In this document: one piece after another, positions 25,382-38,284 of the stretch
How positions within the stretch are numbered: the first letter of the stretch is position 1
Layout of the letters: each line of letters begins with the position of its first letter
DNA from: Felis catus
Taxonomy: Eukaryota
Assembly (NCBI RefSeq): GCF_018350175.1
Contig: NC_058368.1
Coordinates: 225,806,001 to 225,870,000, forward strand
DNA: 64,000 bases
Direction of reading: 5' to 3'
Notes under the pieces: model-generated
What the model was told of the DNA's origin: nothing
The model's input: only the letters and a program-made list of their open reading frames with translations
Databases searched by the model: none
Made by a program: the position numbers and the translations under genes

Positions 25382-26184
25382 ACGGAATGTGCAATGATGC
25401 AGTTAAAGGCCTGAAGAAGAATTCAGGAAAGTAGCTGCAATCGCTGGGAACCCAACGTTTGTGTTCTCAAGTTCAGCTGACTGTTGAGCAGGGCTGCAAA
25501 AACAGCCCTCAGGTGTCCTCAGCGGGCTGGTGATGTTATTCAATCAGATGTTGATACATGAAAAGAGTGTTTCTGGTTTGTTAAATTACCACACTGCCAG
25601 CGAGGGCTGCCGGTTTGATTTGCACCTGATATGATAAGAGGCTAATTATACGGCAGGATGACCCACGTGGCAGGACACTGTTCAGTCATAGCAACACAAT
25701 ATTTATCTGGACAGCAGACAGTCAAGCTGCTAATTCAAGATGCAATCTTTTCCAGGGACTCGGCCAATGCAGTAAAAACAACTTTCCCCCTTCCTTACAC
25801 AGACACCCTCTGGTTCTCGGAAATACAACCACAGGTTATTTTCTGATTAGCTACCGTTGTAAAAACTTATTTGCTGATGACCTTTTTAAGAAGCATTTTA
25901 TATTAAGTAATCACCATTATAAAAAGTCTGATCAGTGACAGGGCACCAAAACACAGAATCCCAGAAGAGATTAAATCCTTTGTGGATTTTAAGAGTAGAA
26001 TTTCAGGCTTACTTTCTTTTGATGTGGAGATTTTATATGATCGCAAAAGGAATACATGTGTGGGAAAAGTTTTGAAAATACTTAATGCGCACAAAATAAG
26101 AATCCTAGAGATCATCACTAATAATATTGGGGTGATAGTTCCTTTGACATGGTTTTCTTTAATCGGTTACAAATAGACACATTC

Positions 26185-26390
26185 TTTTTATTTAATGTTT
26201 TATTTTTGAGAGAGAGAGAGAGAGAGAGGACACAAGCGGGGAAGGCTCAGAGAGTGAGGGGGACGGAAGATCCGGAGTGGGTGCTGCACTGACAGCAGAG
26301 AGCCCGACGCGGGGCGCGAACTCACACACCGCGAGATCGTGACTCGAGCCGAAACCAGACGCTGTAAGCTGGTGAGCCCCCCAGGGACCC
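26185..26390 (-). mobile_element. Can-SINE (diverged)
   Basis: Antisense SINE with (AG)n segment. Confidence 0.88.
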
Positions 26391-26439
26391 TGACGCATTT
26401 TTAAAAATAATTTGTAGGGCTGTGCATGTGTGTGAAATA

Positions 26440-26584
26440 CAGGGGTTGGCACACTGGCTCGCACTTTATTCTTACATATGGTCTATTTACAGTAGCGGAG
26501 TTGAGTAGTTGTGAAGAGACCATATGGCCAGCAAACCTTTGAATATTTACTATGTGGCTGTGGACAGAAAAGTTTTCCAACCTG
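26440..26584. mobile_element. MER58A-like hAT-Charlie MITE
   Basis: Ends caggggttggca...ttttccaacctg; internal gagttgagtagttg and aatatttactatgtggc. Confidence 0.8.
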
Positions 26585-26641
26585 TTTTAATATGTTACGG
26601 ATCCCACTGCCATTAGATGTTCTTCAAAATTACGCGTTCAT

Positions 26642-26825
26642 GGGGTCCCCGGTGGCTCAGTCGGTTGAGCATCCAACTCTTGATTTCATCATCCCAGGGT
26701 CATGGGATCAAGCCCCATGTCGGGCTCTGTGCTGAGCATGGAGCCTGCTTGGGATTCTCTCTCTCTCCCTCTGCCCCTCTTCCCCATTCACTCATTCTCT
26801 CTCTCTCCAAATTAAAAAAAAAAAA
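26642..26825 (+). mobile_element. Can-SINE (older)
   Basis: Head ggtggctcagtcggttgagc, CT tract and A tail. Confidence 0.9.
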
Positions 26826-27499
26826 TTGTGTGTACAAGTGAGTAGATTGAAGTTCTGCTTGTTTTCACTGTGTCCCTTATTCTCTGCATTCAATCAGTAA
26901 ACCTGTTTGCCTCCAGGATATGTGCTAGACAGCCCCCCCCCCCCGCCCCATCATCCCCTTGAACCTGTGCCGGCTCTCATCCCTACCGGCCTCCTCTCCT
27001 TCCTCGATCATGATGAGCTGGTCCTGGTCTCCACACCTAGCCAGACCTAACTATTTCGATGATTTTCCATTCCACTTGGAACATGGCATGCGCCAACACC
27101 GAGGGACCTCGGATGCAATGCCCTCCTAGCTGCCAGGATCCAAGAAAAGCTTTTGGCCACCTGGAATGTATGGGCTTCCAGGCATATCAATTTAAAGGGC
27201 CCAGTTTTCTACTCATACTGGTTACAGTCACTCTAAAATCACTGTTGGCTAATTTCGTTACGTTGATAACATAAACTCACGTCTTGTTTACGTCATGTGT
27301 CAGCTTGAAAACGCTCCTTTTCCGGGTCTCCCTCCACGTCCATTCTGTTGAAACCGGGGCCACTTTTTGAGAGTAACACATTTTCCAGGTTGTCGTCACT
27401 CCTAGTTGCGATGGAGCTCTTTAAAAAAAAAAAAATCAGTCACTGGAAATTGTACCAAGCGGTAAACAACTGTTTTGATCGGTCTCTGTTTTATCTTTT

Positions 27500-27835
27500 T
27501 CCCCCCGTTTTATCGAGATATAACTGACACGACACTGTGTAAGTTTAAAAGGTACAACATAATGGGTAGATGTATGGAATTTTGCAAAATGATCACCACA
27601 ATAAGTTTAATGAACACTCTTCACCTCATACAGTTACAAATTTTTCTTCCGTGGGACGAGAACTCTCTTATCTACTAAGACCTTCTCTCTTAGCAAACGT
27701 ATGATGTTATTAACTATAGTCATCAGGCTGTGTGTTGTGTCCCCAGAACTTATTTACCCTATAACTGGACGTTTGGGCCTCTTGTCCACTTTCACCCAAT
27801 CTCGCCAACCCCTGCCTCTGGCAGCCACCAATCTG
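27500..27835 (-). mobile_element. L1MA9-like 3' fragment
   Basis: gagatataactgaca, aaatgatcaccacaataagttta and ccccagaacttattta. Confidence 0.8.
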
Positions 27836-27885
27836 CCCATCAGTCTTTATCATGCGACCGCTTGCTATATTACTCTTTCAGTAAA

Positions 27886-27996
27886 TTATTTTATTTTATT
27901 TTATTTTATTTTATTTTATTTTATTTTATTTTATTTTATTTTATTTTATTTTATTTTATTTTATTTTATTTTATTTTATTTTATTTTATTTTATTT
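27886..27996. repeat. (TTTTA)n pentanucleotide microsatellite, about 22 units
   Basis: Read directly; forms the tail of the adjacent antisense L1 fragment. Confidence 0.95.
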
Positions 27997-28105
27997 AACT
28001 CCAGCACAGTTAACATACAGTGCTCTATTAGTTGCAGGTGTACAATATAGTGATTCAGCAAGGGCTCTCCTTAATTCCCTCCTCACCCATTTGCCCCACC
28101 CCTTT
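27997..28105 (-). mobile_element. Short carnivore L1 3' end
   Basis: gttaacatacagtg...ttagttgcaggtgtacaatatagtgattca. Confidence 0.75.
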
Positions 28106-28235
28106 TTGGATCAGTTTCTGAGAGACGTATTTGCATTAACACTTAGCCCCTTCAATTGTGATGCCACACCCCCCACAAATAATTATGAAATCTGATAAGT
28201 GCCCTTTTCTTTCTCTTTAGTTATGTTGTTACTTG

Positions 28236-28307
28236 TTTATTTTATTTATTTTATTTTATTTTATTTCATTTTATTTATTTTATTTTATTTCATTTCATTT
28301 CATTTTA
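28236..28307. repeat. (TTTTA/TTTCA)n low-complexity repeat
   Basis: Read directly. Confidence 0.85.
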
Positions 28308-29764
28308 CCAATTCTATTGAGTAACCCCTATGACATCTAAAAGCTTCCCATTGATGGATGTCATTTCTGCCATTCTTCTTCCCCGAGCTCTTTTCTACTC
28401 ACAGTAAAGAAATTCAAGTTGCAGCCCTCGTACATGACAGATTGAGTTGGAGCACAAGCATGTGGCCACATCCTCTTTTTGAGGGTTAGTTTCAAGTGAA
28501 ACAAAGCAAAGCATGTTTTAAAGGGATGACGGTTACCCCATGGTGGACTCTGAGGTCCCCCCTTGGGAATGAACCCTGGTTAATACCCCTCCCAGGAGGA
28601 GCCTCGCTTTTGCCCTCAGGGTTTGTAAATGGCGAAGAGCCTGGGAACAACTGTTTCTCATTTTGGTGAGACTCCCAGTCCATCTCACTTGAGGACAGTT
28701 GCGCTTTCATGGGGAGGGAAGGGGACTCATCATCCTGAGACTAGGTACACATAGTGTCCCCTCTTGCACATCCATCCACAGCTGGTGCTTCCTGGCCTCT
28801 GTTACAGCTTCTGACATGGTGTGTCCCTTGCTCTGTGCTTCTATTTTGGACTCGAGGTAGTTTTAGATTTTAACTGCTTGTGATGGCCACAGAAGCCAGA
28901 TCAGGAGTCTTAAGTGAGTCATGCCCTCCACAGTTTTCGATATGACTTGTGATTTCATTGTCTCATTAAGTCAAGTTTGATATAAACAATTCACGTTGGA
29001 TTGAAAGCAGCATCTGGCAGTGAGAATCCACTATGGAAATTTATGATGAACTGTGTGTGTGGCGTTGCCATGGTTCGATGCTAAAAGTAGGTGCAGGTAA
29101 GAAGCCAAGTCTCGTTTCCATTTTTAAACCATGAACTTCCTCTAATACTCAAAATAGGAAAGAAACATGAAAGGTAAGGACAAATGGCACACGTGGAAAG
29201 GAAACCTGAACTTGGTTTCAATCCTGGAAGTTTTTTCAGAGTAAGGGAAAAAACGGCAGGTTGTTACGGCTTTCCTGAGAACACCTTGGGAGTAGCTCAC
29301 ACATGCTCACAGCTCACCTCCAAGGACACTGCTTCCCCCAAGGAGCATGCCCGGTGCCCTGTCTTGCATATGTCCAAGGAGATGGGTGCACAGGCGTCTG
29401 TTGCCCTGGGCCAGCCCACCTCTGACTGCTGGGTCCAGTCCTGGCATTGTCTCTTGGCTGGTGCTGACACCGGGTGGGAGGGAAGCAAGATAATCATGGG
29501 GGCTCTTGGGGAACACGGGGTGCAATGTGGTTAGCACCGGGCTCAGCCAGAGAGTGCGGGCCACGGTTGGGTAGGTCGAGGGGAGCAGTGCTAAGAGGGC
29601 AGCGAGGTGGCCTCTCCAGGTCTCTGAAGAGGCGAGGAGTCCTCGGAAAGGGCAGGTGGGCAGAAACCAGTTTGTGGCTGGCACGATTGGAGCACCGCCA
29701 TCAGTAACATGGCACTGGATTATAACCCGAACGATAAGCTCTGAGTCCAGCTGAGTCTTCACTG

Positions 29765-30540
29765 ATACAAATGATTGAATAAATAAGTGAATGAGGGAGG
29801 GAGACAAATCTACTTTGCAGAGGAATTTCAAATAGTGTGTATAGTCACCACTGCCCCATTCAGGAGGCAGAGCTGTGTCTTTGTGCAGCCCTCCCTGCCC
29901 CTTGAATGTGAGTTGCACTCAGTCTTGCTTCCCGAAGACTGTAGCATAGAAAGGGAAAAGCAATAACCTTCCAGTGGAGAAGCCTGGCAAACACGGCTTT
30001 ATCCAAGTGAGCAAGTTAACATCAGCAGGGAGAAGTCATGTGGGCATCATGGACCCCTGACATGATGTCAGGAGAAGGGCCCTTCATCTCCGTGATCTTT
30101 TTCCCCAAAAGCCACAATCTCCATCTAATCATGAGAAAAACATCAGACAAATCTAAATTGAGGGGCATTCTCCAGAATACCTGATGTCTACAAGATACTC
30201 CTCAAAGCCATGAAGGTCATAAAACCAAGGCAAGACTGAGCAAGTCTCCGACCAGAGGAGACTGAGACGCTATGGTGACCAAACACAATATGGCGCCTCA
30301 GACGGGCTCCTGGAAGAGAAAAAGAGTGAGTGTGGGTGGGAACTGGTGAAATACAAATGAGTCTGGGGTTCAGGTCATGGTGATATACCAGTGTTGGGTT
30401 TCGTTTTTGACAAGTGTACCGTATTAATAAAAGATGTTAACCCAGGGAAACTAGGTGGGGGGTGTGTTGGAGCTCTGTGTACTACCTTTGCCGCTCTTCT
30501 ATGAGTCTAAAATTATTCCGAAATTTAACATGTATTAAAA
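29765..30540 (+). mobile_element. L1MD/L1MC3-like 3'UTR
   Basis: cagtggagaagcctggcaaacac, ctaatcatgagaaaaacatcagacaaa and tctaaaattattcc. Confidence 0.85.
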
Positions 30541-32627
30541 CAAATTTGCGTATGCTTATGGGAGAGAAGCTGTGGATGCTGGAGGAAACCTCTCATAGGA
30601 ATTCCTGGAGACAGGAAGTCAGGGATTAACACCATGAGAGGCTCACTGGATCCGGTTTCCCTTCCAAGGCTCTTTAAGGTTCACATTTGGGTTTATTTCT
30701 CTCTTTTTTTAAAGGTCATTGTTTTGCTAGTCACTGAAGGGGTTTTACTCACACCCTGATAGACATGATGTCACTAATGGGACACCGTAAAGTTGCTATT
30801 AGCATATCATTTGGAAGCCTGAGCGGCCTAAAGGAGGCAAACCACGTTTCCGAGAGATCAGGTTTATTATCAGACAGTGGTTGAGGCAATAGGGAGACGC
30901 CATCCCATTAGGCTACCGGAGGGACTTGTCCTTTCCTTCAAGAAGAAATTGTGAGGTCTCTTAAGGCCCTCCTCTTTCCCACTTACCAAGACCACGAGAT
31001 GTTCAACTTTTCTTGTTGCAAATGCTTCTAAAGGGGTTGGTTCCTCTTCAAAAATACCCCCTTGCCTGGAGGAGAGGTTCTCTCCGTGTCTGAGGAGATC
31101 TCTCATCCTCAGGCTGCCTCAGCAGGGGGAGCTCCCCCAGCCAAGGCCACAACAGGGCCACATGGCACACCGTGGAAAGGGACTAGGAAACTTCCTGGTC
31201 ACCCAGCCTGTAACCCCAAAAGTAATATGGAAATAATGATTAACTATCGTAGGACTGTCGAACTGAAAAGTCTTCATTTTTGTTTGGCTTCTCCACAAAA
31301 TACTGGGGGAATGTATCGCCAGGAAGCATCTTATCAGGGGCTATTTAAGGAACGAAAAATAATTGTTGACACTGACATAAGCAAAATATGATAAGGACGA
31401 TCAACATGTAACAAACGTCTTACGCGATCCATAGTTAAACAGAAAGTTACGATGGCCGTCTTTGGTTATGTTTTTAAAAAGTTCAAGAGGTGAAGTTTGT
31501 TTTGAGCTGTGTGTCACTCTTGTAGAGTCACCCCGATCCTTACCGTCCGCACAGACCTCCGTGTCTGCAATTTGTGGCCAGAAATTTTCCATTTCCTGAT
31601 GTTTGCTAAGAGCAGTGGGGCCTGCCAGAGTTCTTTCTCTCCTGTGGCTATTTGTTCTAAGTTTCTTGGAACCAGAGATTCTCTGTCGAGGACCTTCACC
31701 CCCCGAAATACACGTGCAGACTTAGAAGAGAGCTTTAAAGAAGCAAGTGAGCAAGACATCGCAGGACAGGTGTCTTCTGCGGAGGGACGTTTGAACCAAT
31801 GATAACATTCGACTTTGATTTTTGTCAGTAGGTATATTCCTCCTGGAGTTTTATAAGTTTTTCTTTCTCTTTTTTCTGGGGGGGGGGGGAGGGTAGTTTG
31901 GGGATGGATGGGAGGAAGAGAGAAAGAAATTAGCTTGATCCAGAGTCATGTCAACTGTTTTAAGGAGAGAAGGGGTGAGGAAGTAAGTAGGAAAGAAACC
32001 AGTCACAGGTGACCAACAGGCCCTCTGAGAGGAGATCACAAACCAGAGTTTGTAGCGGCCACGTTTAGTGCCACAAAGTGGGTCTCAAGAAACGCAGGAC
32101 GCAACAAAAAACGAGCCAGTGCCATAGGGTGATGTGACGCGTGAGGTCCCAGCACCCTCCCTGTTTCACACGGTCTTTTTCCCTGGTCTTCCTTAAGCCA
32201 TTGCCAGATTGCTGCTTCTTCCTTCTGTCAGTGTTTTTCCTGAGGCTACGCTCCTACTCTCTGTTCATTTCAACTTCCTGCTCTTCTCCCCCATCATCCC
32301 TTACCCCCGACCCTTCCTGTTGTGATCCCACTGACTACTCAAAAGGGTTACTTGCCATGTTCACGCTTCGCTTCGTGGATCCCAGTGGTTGACAACTCCT
32401 GTATATCCCAACTTACCAAGAAACAGTCGGCTCTAGAACAATGAGAGTGTTAGGGGTGCCAGCTCCCTACACAGTTGAAAAAATCCACATATAACTTTTA
32501 ACTCCTCAAAAACTTTACTAGTAGCATACTGTTGGCCAGAAGCCTTACTGAGCCCATAAAGGGGTGATTAACACACATTTTGGATATGTGTTGTATGCTG
32601 TATTCTTACAATAAAGTGCTAGAGATC

Positions 32628-33029
32628 TGCTGGTGGGAATGCAAATTGGTGCAGCTGCTCTGGAAAGCAGTGTGGAGGTTCCTCAGAAAATTAAAAATAG
32701 ACCTACCCTATGACCCAGCAATAGCACTGCTAGCAATTTATCCAAGGGATACAGGAGTACTGATGCATAGGGGCACTTGTACCCCAATGTTTATAGCAGC
32801 AGTCTTAACAATAGCCAAATTATGGAAAGAGCCTAAATGTCCATCAACTGATGAATGGATAAAGAAGTTGTGGTTTATATACACAATGGAATACTACGTG
32901 GCAATGAGAAAGAATGAAATATGGCCTTTTGTAGCAATGTGGATGGAACTGGAGAGTGTGATGCTAAGTGAAATAAGCCGTACAGAGAAAGACAGATACC
33001 ATATGGTTTCACTCTTATGTGGATCCTGA
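32628..33029 (+). pseudogene. L1 ORF2p C-terminal remnant (open frame, no start of its own)
   Basis: CWWECKLVQ...LPYDPAIALL...KCPSTDEWIKKLWFIYTMEYY...YHMVSLLCGS* is the canonical ORF2p C-terminus. Confidence 0.93.
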
Positions 33030-33130
33030 GAAACTTAACAGAAACCCATGGGGGAGGGGAAGGAAAAAAAAAAAAAGAGGTTAGAGTGGGAGAGAGCCAA
33101 AGCATAAGAGACTGTTAAAAACTGAGAACA

Positions 33131-33355
33131 GGGGCGCCTGGGTGGCGCAGTCGGTTAAGCGTCCGACTTCAGCCAGGTCACGATCTCGCGGTCCGGGAGT
33201 TCGAGCCCCGCGTCGGGCTCTGGGCTGATGGCTCAGAGCCTGGAGCCTGTTTCCGATTCTGTGTCTCCCTCTCTCTCTGCCCCTCCCCCGTTCATGCTCT
33301 GTTTCTCTCTGTCCCAAAAATAAATAAACGTTGAAAAAAAATTAAAAAAAAAAAC
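33131..33355 (+). mobile_element. Young felid Can-SINE inside the L1 3'UTR
   Basis: Perfect TSD aaaactgagaaca at 33118-33130 and 33356-33368. Confidence 0.97.
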
Positions 33356-35103
33356 AAAACTGAGAACAAACTGAGGGTTGATGGGGGGTGGGAGGGAGGG
33401 GAGGGTGGGTGATGGGTATTGAGGAGGGCACCTTTTGGGATGAGCACTGGGTGTTGTATGGAAACCAATTTGACAATAAATTTCATATATTGAAAAAAAA
33501 ACAAAAAAAACCAATAAAGTGCTAGAGAAAAGAAAATGTTATTAAGGAAATCATAAGAGAAAATACATTTACAGTCCTGTACTATATGGATTGGAAAAAA
33601 ATTCATATATAAGTGGACCCATGTTGTTCAAGGGTCAACTGCATAATGAACTTTTATTGAGAAGAAACATATTTGGTCAGAAATTTAGGACATTAGTGTT
33701 CCCTCACAGAGATCAACGTGACAGAGACACAGCTAGCACAGGACATGATTCTTGGAGGCTCTTGAGTCTGTTCCCTAGTAGCCTTTCTACCCCCGTCTTC
33801 TTTCCATTCCTTGACCCTCTTTCCCTCTGGCCATTTGCTGACTCTTCTCCCCTGTTGTAATCCTTCATCACATGCCATCCTTCATGAAGCTTTATTTCAT
33901 CACACCACTTTGGGGGTGGGGCACAGTTCAACCCATGACAGGGTCAGATGGCAGGTGTAGCATGGACCAGACAGGAAGGGTGTGAGAGTCACCCGCTGGC
34001 CAGCCTGAGGGTTTGTGGCGACGTTGGGTCCCGTTGGGGTCCCTACTGAGACCATAACAAATTATGTGACATTCTAGCACAACCTAATACAATGGAAGTT
34101 CCAAGCAATAGGGGTAAGAAAATGGTGCTATATTGGGTCCTGCAAGTTGGTGGCCTAAACTGATGAGCATGAAGGGGTCCATTATTGATCATACCAGGTC
34201 ATGAGGTGCAGCTGGGGACTGTCCTAGGCTGGGAAATAGGGTGACTACAGCGATACCTCCAGAAAAAGAAGGAAGGTCAACCAGAAAACTGGAGGGCAGG
34301 GACTTCAGGGGTGCCATGTCTTCAGGGGTGCTATGGTTTTAGAGTACCAGCTATTTTTGGATGAAAAGAAATTTGAAGAAAACACTCCATGTGCTAAGCT
34401 TAAAAAAAAGGAAAAAGATAAAATGGGTAACTGGGTTGATTCTGTTCTCATTATTTTGAAAAGAGACCAAGGAAAAAAGTTTCCACTTTCTCTTCCAGGC
34501 TATCCAGATGATCTAGGTCGTAGGTTTTCCACTGGAGTACCTGGAGGAACTCTGGATTTCCAAGGACTGGATTCAGGGGCTGTGTCTGGGGGGCGTGGGG
34601 GTGGGATTGAGGCCATGTTTCAGTGCCCTGGCTCCCATTTAAACCTGGGTAACTCTTTTTGGTTGTTGTATCTTTTCTGTACTAAAGTTTGTCATAACAT
34701 AGCATTTGGGGAAACAAAGTTTCCGTTGCTGTGAAAGGCACCAAGGACAGGTCTCCGTGTGACTCCGCCAGCCAGAGAGCAAGAGAGATGGTACCGACCC
34801 TCTCGTTAGGGTGAGTGTTGTGATTATTCATCAGATTACTGAGTGCTGTGACTAACACCACATACATATAGGGTCATCTGATCCCTTGGTTTTTTGTTTT
34901 TGTTTTTGTTTTATCTAAAGGAAATGTTCCTCTTTTACTTTATTCCAAAAATATACTGGCTTTGATCCTAGTCCCATACCTCTATTCCACTTCTGCAAAG
35001 CACATAATACATACTCTGAATTGTCCTGGGAAACAATCTCTCTTGGCAACACGGGGAGCCTTCGGTGGGAGATGAGGAAGACGGACAAAGGGACTTCTGA
35101 CCC

Positions 35104-35321
35104 TTTTTTTTTTTTTTTTTTTGATTTAGGTAAATATTTATTTTTGAGAGAGGGAGAGAGAGCCAAGTGGGGGAAGGGCCCAGAAGGAGGGAGACAGAGG
35201 GTCCGAAGCAGGCTCTACAGGGACAGCACAGAGCCCGATGCGCGGCTCGAGCCCACAAACCCCCAGATCATGACCCGAGCCAAAGCCAGACGTTCAACCG
35301 ACTAGCGCCACCCCGGTGCCC
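35104..35321 (-). mobile_element. Can-SINE (diverged)
   Basis: Antisense SINE with poly-T; no clear TSD. Confidence 0.88.
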
Positions 35322-35664
35322 TTGCAATTCTTACACTTCTGAGTCACTGGGTGCAGGGCAGTCTCGCTCACTTGGGTTCTCTTTCCCTCATTCTTTCAAC
35401 CCATATATGTCTGCACCAAACAGTCAGCTCCTCGAAGAGGGAGACTGTGACTGGCCTGGCTTAAGTGAGAATCCTGAAGCCTGAGATTTCTGCTGGGGAT
35501 GTGCTTCTGAAGGCCCTATTTCCCAAGTGAAAGAGCAGGGATTTTTTTTTTTCTTAAAAAACATTTTTTAAAGAATATTTTTCATTAATGATAGCAAGCT
35601 ACAGAAGAATTCCCCTTCCATTTAAAAGTCATCTTTCTTTTTTGTATTTTAAAAACAATTTCTT

Positions 35665-35898
35665 GGGGCGCCTGGGTGGCTCAGTCAGTTAAGCGGCCGA
35701 CTTCGGCTCAGGTCATGATCTCGCGGTCCGTGGGTTCGAGCCCCGCGTCAGGCTCTGTGCTGACAGCTCAGAGCCTGGAGCCTGTTTCGGATTCTGTGTC
35801 TCCCTCTCTCTGACCCTCCCCCGTTCATGCTCTGTCTTTCTCTGTCTCAAAAATAAATAAACGTTAAAGAAAATTTTTTTTAATTAATAAATAAAAAA
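35665..35898 (+). mobile_element. Felid Can-SINE
   Basis: Perfect TSD taaaaacaatttctt at 35650-35664 and 35899-35913. Confidence 0.96.
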
Positions 35899-36806
35899 TA
35901 AAAACAATTTCTTTTCTTACAAGAGCAATTTGTATATATCTGTTACAGAAAAATGGAGAACCCAGACAGGCAAAAAGAATAAAATGGAAAATATTCCTTA
36001 TTTACTTCAGCCAGGGGAGAAAACCACGATTAACACCTAAGTATAGATCCTTCAAAATGCTTTTCCTTTCTTCTTCCTCTCCCTCCCTTCCTTGTCTTCT
36101 TAACTAAGAAGATCTGCCTTTCTGTATCTTCATACGTATCTTTCCAGATATTTTCACCAGGATATAAATGTATATTTTTATATGAATGGTACTATACACC
36201 TTTTCTTTCCTCTCTCTTTTTTTTAGCTAACTGTACCATGGAGAGATTTTTATAACAATCTCATCCTTTTTAGCAGCAGCACAGGATTTCACTGCACCGA
36301 AATTTAGTTAATCCCGTATTGACAGGCCTCTACGTTGTTTGGGGTGTTGTTTGTTTTTGTTTCGTTTTGTTTTGCAGTTATAGGTGCCTATATTTATCTC
36401 TACATTCAAAAGGTTTTCGTATGATTTATGAAGTATGTAAGATATTACAAATAACATGACATTGAACATATATATGTGCTTATAGCTTAGCATTGCACAG
36501 TATATTTACAGGGCATGTACTGCTCAGGGTATTTGATCACAAGCATTTGGCCGCCCTTAGGCTAGGCGGCAGAGGAAACCAGACCGAACTAGGACAAAAA
36601 TTACAGTGAGCACAGAGTTTCAGGGTGGGCTACAAACATAGATCAGTGCATTAGAGCTGATGGTCAGAACCTTCTCTGTGGGTGAAGAAGAGCAAAGAGA
36701 GCATACAGCTTCCATTTTTCTGACCCTGTTAGCCATTTGGAACATTTCTTTACTCACATAATTAATATTCATTACTAACATCACCTAAAAATATCAGTTT
36801 GTTCAT

Positions 36807-37039
36807 GGAGCACCTGGGTGGCTCAGTTGGTTAATCGTCTGACTCTTGGCTCAGGCCATGATCTTGGCTCAGGTCTGACGTTTGGCTCAGGCCATGATCT
36901 CGCGGTTTGTGGGTCTGAGCCCCACATTGGGCTCTGTGCCGAAAGTGCGGATTCTCTCTCTCTCCCTCTTTCTCTCTCTCTGCCTCTTCCCCACTCATGC
37001 TCACTCTCTCTCTTTCTCAAAATAAATTACTAAAAAAAA
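36807..37039 (+). mobile_element. Can-SINE with an internal duplication
   Basis: 28-bp head segment duplicated at 36837-36864 and 36873-36900. Confidence 0.9.
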
Positions 37040-37248
37040 TACTAGTTCTGTTTCAGGATCTAGCTCAACCATTGCTGAGATACAGTAATGGACAGGAAGG
37101 GTCATTGCCTGCTCTGAGAGGGAGAGATTCGGACAGCCGGTGTGTAAACAGCTGATGTGTAAACAGATAGTAAGATGACATATTGCTAAATTTTATGGAG
37201 AAAATGCATCAGAATCATGGGACTGAGAATGATATGAGGGATTACTTT

Positions 37249-37447
37249 TTTAAAAAATTTTTAATGTTTATTTTTGAAAGAGAGCACAAGTGGGGGAGGG
37301 GGAGAGACCCCCCCCCCCCCGAGGCAGGCTGCAGCTTGCTTCAGCTGTGCTGACAGCTCAGAGCCAGATGCAGGGCTCGAACCCACAGGGAGATCGTGAC
37401 CTGAGCTGAAGTCAGACGCTTAAACAACTGAGCCACCCAGGCACCCC
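37249..37447 (-). mobile_element. Can-SINE
   Basis: TSD agggattacttt (37237-37248) / agggattccttt (37449-37460). Confidence 0.9.
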
Positions 37448-37562
37448 AAGGGATTCCTTTCTAAAAAAGGCAAGAAATAGAAAAGCTTAAGGGAAGGGCA
37501 GGGGGCAGAGATGCTGCATCCTCTTTGGATGTGGTATTTGGAGATACTGGTGGGACTTCGGG

Positions 37563-37913
37563 AGTTAAAAAGATAAATCGAGGCACACTATAAATTTGAA
37601 GAGATTATCTGCACAAAAGTCAGTTTGAATCAAGTGGCACCAAGCTGGAAGTGGCTGGAGCACTCCCCTGACGGGACCCAGGGAAAGACTTTGCTAGAGA
37701 TTCTGTAGGAGCCAAGCAAGGCAATGATCTGATTGGTTATATGGAGCTCAAGCGACTCCCTTCTTTTGGAAAGCCTACTGGCTGCTTGAGATCGGTCCTC
37801 CTTAGATTACCCTTGAGGCATTTGTAGGCTCACATTTGGGTTTGTTAAAGTGTGCTGCTAAAGCATGAGAACCATTTCGATCTAACGGCCTCCTTGTTTA
37901 ATTAATGCGGCAC
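37563..37913 (-). mobile_element. ERV1-type solo LTR (carnivore, MER4-group-like)
   Basis: About 350 bp, gttaaaaagataaatcgaggca...tgattggtta...ggcctccttgtttaattaat; resembles antisense ERV1 LTRs, with CCAAT on the minus strand. Confidence 0.55.
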
Positions 37914-37933
37914 AGGTGAAGATGGTGAGTAAT

Positions 37934-38125
37934 CAGTGGCGTGTGGGTAAATTTTGAGCAACTGACTCACAACGGGTAGGGATCAGGCAGCCGATTTGTA
38001 GCATTTGCCAATTTCCATGGTGCAAAGGCTCCCACCACTGCTGGCCCCAACTACCTATTTTATACCACTGGACGCGAGAGGGAAGAGATAGGAACAGTTT
38101 CCATGAGCCAGTCAGACCACAGCTG
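37934..38125. mobile_element. MER63A-like hAT element
   Basis: cagtggcgtgtgggtaaat...gatttgtagcatttgccaatttccatggtg...ctcccacca. Confidence 0.75.
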
Positions 38126-38284
38126 GTGGGTGGTAGGACATATGGGCTTGGAATTCTGGGGCATGTTTGACGGGGAATATAGATTTGGGCCTACAAGTGG
38201 GGGGTTAAAGGCTGGGAAGAGAGAGATTTCCTAAGGAGATCATATAGCATGAGAGGGGACTTGGCCGGTGTTAGAACACTGGGA

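Larger units (their letters stand above)
32626..33511 (+). mobile_element. Young felid L1, 5'-truncated
   Basis: ORF2 C-terminus, 3'UTR, aataaa and A tail; perfect 17-bp TSD caataaagtgctagaga at 32609-32625 and 33512-33528. Confidence 0.97.
32424..33641. mobile_element. Tigger2a (carnivore-type) DNA transposon split by an L1 insertion
   Basis: Left end cagtcggctctagaacaa...ttaggggtgcc; right TIR tgttgttcaagggtcaactg; internal sequence resumes after the L1 TSD. Confidence 0.85.

Noticed and set aside
29307..29918. Longest ORF (203 aa, minus strand)
   Set aside because: Starts in antisense L1 3'UTR; no homology or splice structure recognised.
30056..30072. cctgacat-g-atgtcagg palindrome
   Set aside because: Short and inside an old L1 3'UTR.
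32580..32627. Apparent Tigger-L1 fusion ORF N-terminus
   Set aside because: Chance in-frame extension of the truncated ORF2 into the Tigger flank, with no promoter evidence.
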